Position numbers and translations under genes: made by a program
From: Gammaproteobacteria bacterium
GTDB taxonomy: Bacteria > Pseudomonadota > Gammaproteobacteria > GCA-001735895
DNA length: 64,000 nucleotides
Direction: 5' to 3'
Assembly: GCA_050298595.1 (NCBI GenBank)
Contig: JBNKUM010000028.1
Location: 39,075 to 103,074 of the forward strand
The notes under the pieces: model-generated
Seen by the model: only the letters and a program-made list of their open reading frames with translations
Databases searched by the model: none
What the model was told of the DNA's origin: nothing
Shown: positions 49,696 through 58,904 of the stretch, one piece after another
How the letters are laid out: every line of letters begins with the position of its first letter
How positions within the stretch are numbered: position 1 is the stretch's first letter

Positions 49696-52335
49696 CTATT
49701 GAATCAACATGGCGGCGCTACCAACGGCGGCTGCACAGATGGCTTTGACGATTTGTTTAGTACGATCTGCGGTGTAGATATCGCTATTCAGGTCGCAGGG
49801 GAAGTTCGCGTTATAGTGGGGGTCTCCATCTACAGGACATTTGGTCATTTCACTGATTAGCGAAGTGTAACTGTCGCTTCCACCATCGAAGGTCAACGTC
49901 TGCTGGGCAGGATCACCCAGCAGGGCTTTAACTTCGTTTTGATCCGGAGATGAATCCAGATTGCTCAATAATACCGCATCTAATATCGGTTGAATGGCAT
50001 AGTCGCGTTTGGTTGCAGTGTTGAATGCGGTCTGCGCCGATTCAGTAAAGTCTACGTTAGTAAACATCCGGTTAGCATCGCCTACAGGTAGCAGGGCATC
50101 GGCGTCAACTCTTTCACTACAGGAGATTAAAGCTAGCTGAGCAATCGCCATCTGGTGTGATGCAAGGAATGCGTCAATGGTCTCTATCGCTGGAAACTGT
50201 TGCTTATATTTTATATACAGGTCATTCACAGCAGTATTAGTGACTGGAATATTGGTCATTCTAGAGATAGTTGCATTAATTTCATCGAAGGTACGAACAC
50301 CTAAATCTGACACCGCTTCTGCAGCGTTTGCTGGTGTTGCCGCTGTTGGCATCGGGTCAATATGTGGATGGCTTTTGCTGCCCAGGGTCTCAAAGGTCAG
50401 GAAAAACTCATCGCTTTCTGGGCCTTTTTCCAGCGCGATTACGGCGCCTAATGTTGATAACAACTGACCACTCTCAGGGCTATAGCTGCTATCGATAGTG
50501 GTATTCATATTGGCAAATGCCTGCCCGGCAACCGCTTCTTTTCCGTTGATCGCAAGACGCATGCTGCCGATAGTGAATCCGCCAGGGGTCCAGTCAGGGT
50601 TGAGGTTGATAAAGGTGGGTTTATCAAACAAATAGCTGTAGCTGTCATACTGAGAAACTTCAAACATGATGTAGCTGTCAGGAATGTCAATTTGATGGGC
50701 AATTGAAAACAGCAGGAAATATTTTTCACCAACGCCTGCTGCATAATTCTGCGTTATCTGGGCCTGGGTAAGGCTACGGTTATGTATCTCAACCATGCGG
50801 ATCTGCCCCAACCAGGTTTGGCTGCCAGCTGCACTTCGTCCCAGCATAAAAGCATAGGTATCTTTCCATGAGTTCAGCGCAGTGGATACAGTGGTAGGGT
50901 CGGCAACATTGATCAGGGCACCATTGACATAAATCTTACGTCCTGCGACCGGATCATAGGTGGCGACTACATGCTGCAAACTGGACTGTACAATTTCGCC
51001 AGCATCCTTTGTGGAAAGAAAGGGTTCGCCATTAGCGTCGGACTGGTCAGTACGGTTATGGAAGTTGTAGTTATACAGGGTTTGAGAAAGGGTAAAGTTC
51101 TTCTGTGTTGAACCATTGTCATAACTGATGATATTGGTATCTTCCTGGGTGACATTAGCCGGGATGACCCAGCCTTCAATGGAGTATTCACCAGTAGATC
51201 TGACAAGATCGTGTATCTTTTTACTGGTGTGTGTATCTGCTCGGGCACCTCCACCATTAAGATTAATGCCATAAGAACCCAACCAGCTGACATTGCCGCT
51301 GAGTGCCAGATTAATCGAAGGTTCGATACCACTACTATCAAATGCAGTAGTTCCAGTACGCGTTTTGAACTCCCAGCGTGCGATCATATTGGCTTCATGA
51401 CGATCACCGCCGCTGGCCACTATGCCATCCTGCATAGTCAATGCCTTACTACTGATCAGCGTGGTATCTACGGCTGTGGGGCTAATGGCTGAAGCAAAAC
51501 GAGTAATGGCATCCAGCATTTCACCAGCATCACCATCTATTGCTCCAGTGGTTCCATTTTTTGAGCCACAGTCTGTCCAGCAGTTATGAGCTTCCAGCAA
51601 ACGCTGTACAAAGCGCGAGTTTTCGGGAGTATCGACGTTAATCTTGGCTTTTGCGGCCGCATAGGCAGCATCTACATCAACTAGATTGGCGAAGAAGGGT
51701 GCCTGTTGCTGTACGCTACCTTCTTCGTAATGACAGCTGGCACAGTTCGTTTTAAGTAATGGGTAGATGGTGTTTTCAAAGCTATTGCTGCCGTTCTCCT
51801 GAGCCGTATCTGGGTAAGTCTTGGTTGCACCAGGTTCCTTGATTGTGGGTGCTTCAAGGTCAACACCTCGTTTGGTGATACTGTTATCGGTACTGGCCCA
51901 GTTAGAAATCATTGCTGTCAACGCATCTGCGCAGACCTGAGGCACGTTTTCCCAGCAGTTGTGACCTGCGCCTACCTTGGTGACCATTCTGGAATCGGCG
52001 GGACTTTTCAGGTCGACTATTGCCGCCACTTCAGAGTATGCAAAATTGACATCCCCTGGATCAGCGAAGCCTGGCGAGTTTCCACCATTGATATGACAGC
52101 CACCGCATCGATTGGTCGACTTGATGTTGTCCCATAGGTTGACTTCAAATGCGCGTACATCTTCGGTAGCGGCAGCAGGCCCCTGTCTGGATGTTGTGGT
52201 ATCGCCCAGAAAAGGGTTCTGAATGGTTTCAGTACTGCCACCACAGGCGTTGAGAAGCGTAGCTACGGTAAGTAAGGATAGTGCTGTGCGGATCATTGAG
52301 GTTTTACGATAAGGGTTCATGTTATTAAGCGTCAC
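49696..52335 (-). CDS. Lipoprotein with two c-type heme motifs and a LamG/concanavalin-like domain
   Basis: Lipobox LNAC; CGGCH (52093-52107) and CASCH (51730-51744); LamG motifs YSIEGWV, QHVVATYD....KIYVNG; true start may be 52320 or 52296. Confidence 0.8.
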   Translation of the reverse strand: MTLNNMNPYRKTSMIRTALSLLTVATLLNACGGSTETIQNPFLGDTTTSRQGPAAATEDVRAFEVNLWDNIKSTNRCGGCHINGGNSPGFADPGDVNFAYSEVAAIVDLKSPADSRMVTKVGAGHNCWENVPQVCADALTAMISNWASTDNSITKRGVDLEAPTIKEPGATKTYPDTAQENGSNSFENTIYPLLKTNCASCHYEEGSVQQQAPFFANLVDVDAAYAAAKAKINVDTPENSRFVQRLLEAHNCWTDCGSKNGTTGAIDGDAGEMLDAITRFASAISPTAVDTTLISSKALTMQDGIVASGGDRHEANMIARWEFKTRTGTTAFDSSGIEPSINLALSGNVSWLGSYGINLNGGGARADTHTSKKIHDLVRSTGEYSIEGWVIPANVTQEDTNIISYDNGSTQKNFTLSQTLYNYNFHNRTDQSDANGEPFLSTKDAGEIVQSSLQHVVATYDPVAGRKIYVNGALINVADPTTVSTALNSWKDTYAFMLGRSAAGSQTWLGQIRMVEIHNRSLTQAQITQNYAAGVGEKYFLLFSIAHQIDIPDSYIMFEVSQYDSYSYLFDKPTFINLNPDWTPGGFTIGSMRLAINGKEAVAGQAFANMNTTIDSSYSPESGQLLSTLGAVIALEKGPESDEFFLTFETLGSKSHPHIDPMPTAATPANAAEAVSDLGVRTFDEINATISRMTNIPVTNTAVNDLYIKYKQQFPAIETIDAFLASHQMAIAQLALISCSERVDADALLPVGDANRMFTNVDFTESAQTAFNTATKRDYAIQPILDAVLLSNLDSSPDQNEVKALLGDPAQQTLTFDGGSDSYTSLISEMTKCPVDGDPHYNANFPCDLNSDIYTADRTKQIVKAICAAAVGSAAMLIQ

Positions 52336-52337
52336 GA

Positions 52338-53591
52338 TTAATTCCCCTTGCAGTAGGCTGCAACATCGCGAAACACCTGTTTCATCCTGAAGCCGGCCTT
52401 GAAGTCGCTAACAATGTTGTTTACCTCACTACGGTCTGCTGCGTAGTTATCCGGATCACGAAAACACACGGCTTTAAAGGCTTTCTTAACCTGACACTGG
52501 GCAAATGCTTCGCTATAGGCGAGTTCCTTACCCATTGATTTGGGGCCATTACCGTAGGCGTGCCCCTTGGCATCTTTTTGCACATCCGGATAGTCATTCC
52601 AGCCAAGCAGGGCGTTGGGGCCGTTGCGCCAGTAGTTTATCCAGCTGTCGTCGGTGGTGATAAAACCCTGTTTGAAGTTATTCGAGTTGATCAGGTACTT
52701 GGGCCGGACTGTACCTGCTGTGTATAGCAACTTAAGATTAGCTGCATCTTCCGTAACCTCGCCATTACCATCTTCAGTAGTCAGATCAAGATAGGCATAA
52801 GCCCCCAGTAGGCCGTCCATGCCAGCATGGCAACCGACGCAGGAGTTCAGGTAGATCTGGCTGTCGCCACCCGGGCTGCGCGCGACATCCTGATGCACTC
52901 GATCAGGGGTGCGTGAGTTATCCTTGATCTGTTCCAGATCGTTACATAGGTGGTTGAGCATGGTAAAGCGAAACAGCGCGCGATTGGTTCCAAGAATCAA
53001 AAATGCTCGTGCTGAAGCACGTGTGGTTATGACGCCAGCGGTGGCGGCTTCATCCAGCTGCGTGACGGCACTCTGGGCTTTTTTCTGTAGTATGTTTATG
53101 TCGGAAAGATCACCATCTACAGGGCCAAGTGCTTCCAGCTCCTGATAGTGCAAATTGTCTACATTATGGTATGGGGTAATTGGCTGACCATCTTTATTGA
53201 GCAGGTTGAAGTTTCCGGTATAAATGATGTCTCCGTATAGAATTTCACGAAAGTCGATATCATCACGTACCATGCCAATCACTGTGGCAGTGTAGTCGTT
53301 AAGTGGTGTGAATATTGTTTGCTCTTCGTTGGTCCAGGGAGCGGCCCAGTTTTTCAGTGTGACGTTGTAAAAGGCAGGGTCCTGCAGGGCGATTTCAGCA
53401 GCCGTTTTTCCACTAGCGTCCGAAATAAGGGCGGTTTCCATACTGTTTAGAACGCTAGCCGAAGGTGGCACACCGGTAAGACGGTCATGAATACGTTTGG
53501 CCTGACGCCTTTCCTGATCCCCGGCAAACAGTGACTGGCTGATCAATAGTAAAAGTATAACGGCGCTAGTGGCGAGAGAACTTTTTTGCAT
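52338..53591 (-). CDS. Exported monoheme c-type cytochrome-like protein
   Basis: Signal peptide (LFA); AKRIHDRLTGVPP; CVGCH (52827-52841) followed by AGMD; FAQCQVKK. Confidence 0.75.
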   Translation of the reverse strand: MQKSSLATSAVILLLLISQSLFAGDQERRQAKRIHDRLTGVPPSASVLNSMETALISDASGKTAAEIALQDPAFYNVTLKNWAAPWTNEEQTIFTPLNDYTATVIGMVRDDIDFREILYGDIIYTGNFNLLNKDGQPITPYHNVDNLHYQELEALGPVDGDLSDINILQKKAQSAVTQLDEAATAGVITTRASARAFLILGTNRALFRFTMLNHLCNDLEQIKDNSRTPDRVHQDVARSPGGDSQIYLNSCVGCHAGMDGLLGAYAYLDLTTEDGNGEVTEDAANLKLLYTAGTVRPKYLINSNNFKQGFITTDDSWINYWRNGPNALLGWNDYPDVQKDAKGHAYGNGPKSMGKELAYSEAFAQCQVKKAFKAVCFRDPDNYAADRSEVNNIVSDFKAGFRMKQVFRDVAAYCKGN

Positions 53592-53956
53592 GATTATCGA
53601 AGTTCCAGTTTAAAAATGGGTTAATTAGATGTTATAAGTTTGCACTTTTTAAACTAGCAAACCTCTTAAGCATAAAATAAGGATATCTAACCGTGATTAG
53701 ATCACATAAACTAAATTTGATGCGGGGTAGATTGTTTAATTTGAAACCTATTTCACAATATCTAGGTGATTTTAGCTGTCTCAGTGAAGCGAAGATGACC
53801 GTTGGTAGGGATAAAATGTAGATTCATCGGTTTATTTAGAGATCAGACTTACGGATTTGAGTTTTTATCTACAATGCAGCAGGATACTGTGCTTTTATCA
53901 CTTTCTTTAAACTAAATGTTTTGTTAATCAATGTATCAAAAAAGAAAAATTTTTAA

Positions 53957-56716
53957 GTGTTAATAAAAAATCATTACCCATTTTTCGCAGCAATATTGCA
54001 CCTTGCGCTAACTGGTTGCACCGAAAGTACTACCGGCAGTAAGGTGACGGGTGCTGACCCCGGTGTTTTGGAGGCGCCAATTGCTTTTGTTAAGCGACCC
54101 ATAGCGCTAGATGATAATGGCAACGAATTACAGTCCGATTTGCGCGAACCCCTGTTTTTTATGGCAGGCGGTGATGTTTATTTGCGCAGTAATTCTACCG
54201 TCACTGCAACCGAAAAAAATATTACCTTCAGTGTGACCGGCGGACAGGGAGATGTTAAGGGGTTAAGACCATCATTTGATGGCACCAAGCTGCTGTTTTC
54301 TCTACGTCTGTTTGATGATGACCTCAATGACGACGTAATTCCAAGCTGGAATATCTATGAATATGACCTGGGTACTGAAACGCTACGCCGGATTATTGAT
54401 GATAATTTGATTGCAGAGGAAGGCGACGATCTATCACCTGCTTATCTACCTGATGGGCGCATTATCTTCAGTTCTAACCGTCAGGTTCAGTCGGTTGAAA
54501 TGCTGTCTAATGAAAAGGGTAAACCTTTCAGGGCGCTGGATGAAGACGAGAATACGCTGGCCATGGTGCTGCATGTGATGGACGAGAATGGTGGTGAGCT
54601 TCATCAGGTTTCATTCAACCAGAGCCATGATCTGGATCCTACGGTATTAACGCATAACTATTCCGGTGAAGTGATGTTCACCCGTTGGGATAATGCGGGC
54701 AGCAATAGTTCAATGAATCTCTATAAGATGACTCCTGATGGAACCAGCCTGCAGGTGTTATATGGCGTGCATAGCCATGACACCGGGGCCAACAATAGTG
54801 GTAGTGATGATGCCACTATCCAGTTTACTCAGGCTCAGGAAATGGAAGATGGCCGCATTATTACCATAGCTCGACCTTTTACCAATACCTTTGATGGTGG
54901 TGATATTGTGATCATAGATGCGCAGAACTTCGCCAATAATTTTCAGCCGGTAGCGGGTATGAGCAGTCCAGGGCCTGCGCAAAGGTCAGCAACCATTAAC
55001 CCTGTCTCCACTGAAACAACGAATAATGAGCCATCTCTGGGTGGCCGCTATCGCTCTGTTTTTCCACTGTGGGATGGTTCGGATCGAATCATGTTTAGTA
55101 AAAGTACCTGTGAGCTGGATGTGAATGGTACGCGTAGACCCTGCATAGAACCCTATATATCAGATGTGTCAGCGGTTGAAGTATCACCCACTTATAGCAT
55201 CTGGTTATACGATATGAATCAGCACTCACAAAAGGTCATAGTGCGTGCCGAACAGGGCATGGTGATTAGCGATATAGTTGCCTTACAGGCAAGAGAAAAG
55301 CCGGATATTGTTTTTGATAAAGCTGGCGCTGACCTGAATACTACCTGGGCTTCGGATGTAGTCGCAGCACTGCATATAAGGAGTGTTTATGATTTTGGCA
55401 ATGGCAGCTTTAATGGATGCTTCCTCACACAATGTACATCAGCAAATGGAATTACCAGTGTGAATGATCTGGGTGATCCGTTAAAAGCTGGCGCAGATCA
55501 GCGTCCTGCTCGCTTTGTGCGCTTTGTTAAACCGGTTTCCCTGCCAGACCCTGATGACCCTGATCTGGCTAACCCCCCTGATCTGAATCGTGCTGCGTTC
55601 GGTCCATTGCGCAATCTGGCCATGCGTGAAATTGTCGGTTATGCACCTGTAGAGCCGGATGGTTCGGTGAAGGTGAAATTACCTGCGGATATTCCACTGG
55701 GGGTTGAAGTGCTGGATAAGATGGGCAGACGTATTGGTCCGCGTCACGAAAACTGGTTCCAGTTACGCCCGGGCGATACGATGGAATGCACCGGTTGTCA
55801 TACGGAAAATACCAGCAATAATGCGGTTCCTGATATTCATCATCGGCGTGACGCAGAAGCCGCGTCAATCAATGAGGGTATTCCAGCCAGTGGTGTTTTT
55901 GAAAATACACAGATACCCGGAAGTAGCGATAAATACTGGGGAAATCCGGGAGAAACTATGGCTGAAGTCAGGTTTCGATTAGCACCAGCAGAGCCAGAGG
56001 TTAATACTGATATTGTGTATGACGACTACTGGACAGACCCTGCATTGAATGCTGCATTTAGCTATGAGTATGGACTGCTTGATTCAAGCATCAGTTCTCC
56101 CGCAAGATCTAGCTGTACACCTTGGACTTATACCTGCCGCATTGTGATCAATTATGAACAGCATATTCATCCATTGTGGAATTTACCGCGTGGAGTAGCT
56201 GGCGTAGATACCTGCACCAATTGCCATAGCAAAACGGATTCAGTTCAGATGATCGATAGAGTACCGGCAGCGCAACTGGATTTAACCGATGGATTTTCGG
56301 ATATTGCGCCACAAATGCACTATAAGTCTTACGATGAATTGCTGGTCGCAGATGCTGGGCAGGAAATAGATGCAACAGGTAGTCTTGAGAACATTCAGAT
56401 CGAAGTGCCGATACTTGATGAGAATGGTGTTCAGGAAGTAATCAATGGTATACCACAAACCGAGTTTATTCCTGACCCATCTGCTACTGTGAGACCCTCC
56501 ATGTCAGCAAACGGAGCGAGGGCCAGCTATTTCATGGAAAAAATGACCGAAACCGAGTTGGACGCTGGCCGTACTTTAACTCGGGTAACAAATCCGAATT
56601 ATGTCGACCATTCAAATTTTATGGACGAACATGAATTGCGCCTGATCGCTGAATGGCTGGATTTAGGCGCACAATATTTTAATGACCCGTTTGACCCGGC
56701 AGTGCCGATGAATTAA
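53957..56716 (+). CDS. Beta-propeller (PD40) lipoprotein with hydrazine-synthase-alpha-like middle domain and two c-heme motifs
   Basis: Lipobox LTGC; PSFDGTKLLFS, PAYLPDGRIIFSSNR, FTRWD propeller blades; GYAPVEPDGSVKVKLPA...EVLD..GR...W.QLRPG...CTGCH; later CTNCH. Confidence 0.8.
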   Translation: MLIKNHYPFFAAILHLALTGCTESTTGSKVTGADPGVLEAPIAFVKRPIALDDNGNELQSDLREPLFFMAGGDVYLRSNSTVTATEKNITFSVTGGQGDVKGLRPSFDGTKLLFSLRLFDDDLNDDVIPSWNIYEYDLGTETLRRIIDDNLIAEEGDDLSPAYLPDGRIIFSSNRQVQSVEMLSNEKGKPFRALDEDENTLAMVLHVMDENGGELHQVSFNQSHDLDPTVLTHNYSGEVMFTRWDNAGSNSSMNLYKMTPDGTSLQVLYGVHSHDTGANNSGSDDATIQFTQAQEMEDGRIITIARPFTNTFDGGDIVIIDAQNFANNFQPVAGMSSPGPAQRSATINPVSTETTNNEPSLGGRYRSVFPLWDGSDRIMFSKSTCELDVNGTRRPCIEPYISDVSAVEVSPTYSIWLYDMNQHSQKVIVRAEQGMVISDIVALQAREKPDIVFDKAGADLNTTWASDVVAALHIRSVYDFGNGSFNGCFLTQCTSANGITSVNDLGDPLKAGADQRPARFVRFVKPVSLPDPDDPDLANPPDLNRAAFGPLRNLAMREIVGYAPVEPDGSVKVKLPADIPLGVEVLDKMGRRIGPRHENWFQLRPGDTMECTGCHTENTSNNAVPDIHHRRDAEAASINEGIPASGVFENTQIPGSSDKYWGNPGETMAEVRFRLAPAEPEVNTDIVYDDYWTDPALNAAFSYEYGLLDSSISSPARSSCTPWTYTCRIVINYEQHIHPLWNLPRGVAGVDTCTNCHSKTDSVQMIDRVPAAQLDLTDGFSDIAPQMHYKSYDELLVADAGQEIDATGSLENIQIEVPILDENGVQEVINGIPQTEFIPDPSATVRPSMSANGARASYFMEKMTETELDAGRTLTRVTNPNYVDHSNFMDEHELRLIAEWLDLGAQYFNDPFDPAVPMN

Positions 56717-56760
56717 CGTCTGCACTTTGCAGGGAAGAGTTTTATGATTTTAGCAGTCCA

Positions 56761-57525
56761 TTGATTACAAAAATAACAAGCACCGTGCATTTTTTCATTC
56801 TGGTTATATTGTTACTGCCCGCCATTGTGCGTGCAGAAACAGACAATGCCCAGCAGTTAACTATTGCCGATCCATATATTGAGATGCACACCGGCCCCGC
56901 TTCGGCTTACCCGATATTTCATGTGCTTGATCGAGGTGAAAAGATCAGCGTCATCAAGAGCAAAACCAACTGGTATCAGATACGTTCAAGCAAGGGAACC
57001 GAAGGTTGGGTGAATCGGGATCAATTACAACAGACATTGTTACCCAGCGGGCAGCAATTAAAGCTGCGCGATCTGTCGGAACAGGATTTTAAAGCGCGGC
57101 AGTGGGAAATGGGGGTATTGTCAGGTGAACTGGAAGGCGCTCCTGTAATATCATTCTATGGGGCCTATGCCTTTACCGAAAATTTATCGGCAGAGTTAAA
57201 TCTGGGACAATCTGTGGGTTCGGTTTCCACTAGTTTGTTGTATAAACTTAACTTGCTCATGCAGCCATTTCCTGAATGGGAGTATTCGCCGTTTTTTACT
57301 CTTGGGCTGGGGCATATTAATGTAAAACCCAATGCGACCTTGATTAACCCTGCAGATAAAGACAACCAGTTAAGCCAGATTGGCATCGGCTTCAGGAAAT
57401 TTTTAAGTCGGCGTTTTGTAGTTCGAGCAGAGTATAACGAGTATGTTATTTTTTCCGCCAGCAATGCTAAAGATGAAAATGAGGATATAGGTGAATGGAA
57501 ATTAGGTTTCGCAGTCTTTTTCTAA
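56761..57525 (+). CDS. SH3-like domain + outer-membrane beta-barrel protein
   Basis: Signal peptide; MHTGP..AYPI....RGE....WY.IR....EGWV SH3; barrel strands ending WKLGFAVFF (C-terminal Phe). Confidence 0.8.
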   Translation: MITKITSTVHFFILVILLLPAIVRAETDNAQQLTIADPYIEMHTGPASAYPIFHVLDRGEKISVIKSKTNWYQIRSSKGTEGWVNRDQLQQTLLPSGQQLKLRDLSEQDFKARQWEMGVLSGELEGAPVISFYGAYAFTENLSAELNLGQSVGSVSTSLLYKLNLLMQPFPEWEYSPFFTLGLGHINVKPNATLINPADKDNQLSQIGIGFRKFLSRRFVVRAEYNEYVIFSASNAKDENEDIGEWKLGFAVFF

Positions 57526-58154
57526 GCCTGTTATTAATCGTATTTTGCACAACGCTTTATGCGGCTGAACCGGCTGCTGAATCTGATCAGCAATCGCTGT
57601 TAATTCAAACGGATATTCAGCGACAACAGTTTGATGAAGCGCTGATCAATGCAGATGATTTTGAAATAATGCTGGCACTGGGTTACCTGAGTATTGAAGA
57701 TTTTGGTGTTAATCCGTTGATGGTTGCCAAGCTTGATTACCATGTAAATGAAGATATCTTTTTACAGATGGCGTATGGACAAAGCAAAGGTGGTACCACA
57801 AGTTGGGAAGTGTTGTCTGCAGGGGCGCCGCTGCTTACTGATGCTGAACGCGAATTGACTTATTACAGTATCAATATCGGATATAACCTGTTGCCGGGTG
57901 AAGCCTTCCTGACTGAGACCAGAACCTTTAATACCGCTTTTTATCTCACCGCCGGGATGGGTGTCACCGAATTCGCCGGAGAGAGTCGATTCACTATTAA
58001 CTATGGTACGGGTTATCGTTTCCTGCTCAATGATTCCTGTGCGATGTATATAGATTACCGAAACAACCAGTTTGATATGAATGTATTTGGTGAAACCAAA
58101 CCCAAAGCCACCAATAACCTTGAATTCACTTTCGGTATCAGCTGGATCTTCTAG
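57495..58154 (+). CDS. Small outer-membrane beta-barrel protein (GltA/B-like)
   Basis: Signal peptide; amphipathic strands; GYNLLPGE; C-terminal NLEFTFGISWIF BAM-type motif. Confidence 0.8.
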   Translation: MEIRFRSLFLSLLLIVFCTTLYAAEPAAESDQQSLLIQTDIQRQQFDEALINADDFEIMLALGYLSIEDFGVNPLMVAKLDYHVNEDIFLQMAYGQSKGGTTSWEVLSAGAPLLTDAERELTYYSINIGYNLLPGEAFLTETRTFNTAFYLTAGMGVTEFAGESRFTINYGTGYRFLLNDSCAMYIDYRNNQFDMNVFGETKPKATNNLEFTFGISWIF

Positions 58155-58165
58155 AGAGAAAAACT

Positions 58166-58669
58166 ATGAACAAAATATTTTTCTGGATCAAATTATTAAG
58201 CGCAGTGTTTACGCTATTGTTTGTCACTTCATTGCAGGCCCTGACGCTGGAAAAGGCAGCGCCAGATTTTACTCTGAAGAGTTTACAGAATAATAATATC
58301 AAACTCAGCGAACAGGCAGGCAATGTCGTGCTGCTCAATTTCTGGGCTTCCTGGTGTGGCCCCTGTCGTAAAGAAATGCCACTGCTCAATGATTTGCACA
58401 ATAAATATAAAGCACTGGGTTTCAGTGTGATAGGGGTCAATGTGGAACAGGAATCCAATCTGGCAAAATCATTCATCTCCAGTTCTCCGGTAGATTTTCC
58501 CATTCTGTTAGACGACAGTAATATAGCCAGCAAGTTATATGATGTAAATGCCATGCCTACCACAGTCATTATTGATCGCAATGGTGTGGTTAGACATTTG
58601 CATAAGGGTTACAAGGATGGTGATGAAAAAGCCTACCAGAAAGTGGTAAAAAAACTGTTACGTGAATAG
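58166..58669 (+). CDS. TlpA-family thiol:disulfide oxidoreductase
   Basis: APDFTL, LNFWASWCGPCRKEMP, AMPTT.IIDR.G. Confidence 0.92.
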   Translation: MNKIFFWIKLLSAVFTLLFVTSLQALTLEKAAPDFTLKSLQNNNIKLSEQAGNVVLLNFWASWCGPCRKEMPLLNDLHNKYKALGFSVIGVNVEQESNLAKSFISSSPVDFPILLDDSNIASKLYDVNAMPTTVIIDRNGVVRHLHKGYKDGDEKAYQKVVKKLLRE

Positions 58670-58673
58670 CTAT

Positions 58674-58904
58674 ATGAAACGATCTATTCGATCTCTAATG
58701 TTGTTGACGCTGTTACTTTGCCTGCAGGCCTGTAGCAGTGTTGAGCCCTGGGTCAAGCCCTACGAGCGCGCGCATCTGGCCGATCCTGTTATGGATGTTA
58801 ATCGTGATCCAGTTGCTACTAATTATATCCACCACGTTTATGATTCGCGTGAAAGCGCACGGGGTGCAGGTGTCGCCAGCGGTGGTGGTTGTGGCTGTAA
58901 TTAA
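58674..58904 (+). CDS. DUF4266-like small lipoprotein
   Basis: Lipobox LQAC; VKPYER..LADP.M, HH....RE.A.G, C-terminal GGGCGCN. Confidence 0.85.
   Translation: MKRSIRSLMLLTLLLCLQACSSVEPWVKPYERAHLADPVMDVNRDPVATNYIHHVYDSRESARGAGVASGGGCGCN

Noticed and set aside
53692-53706. CRP binding site CGTGA-TTAGA-TCACA
   Set aside because: Spacer is 5 nt rather than the required 6; kept only as an unassigned palindrome.
53957-56716. Anammox hydrazine synthase
   Set aside because: Only domain-level resemblance; no beta/gamma subunits or other anammox genes, and the context is gammaproteobacterial.
58738-58890. N-terminal extension of the DUF3570-like ORF
   Set aside because: Lies within the DUF4266-like gene in another frame; a start at 58891 or later gives a normal signal peptide.
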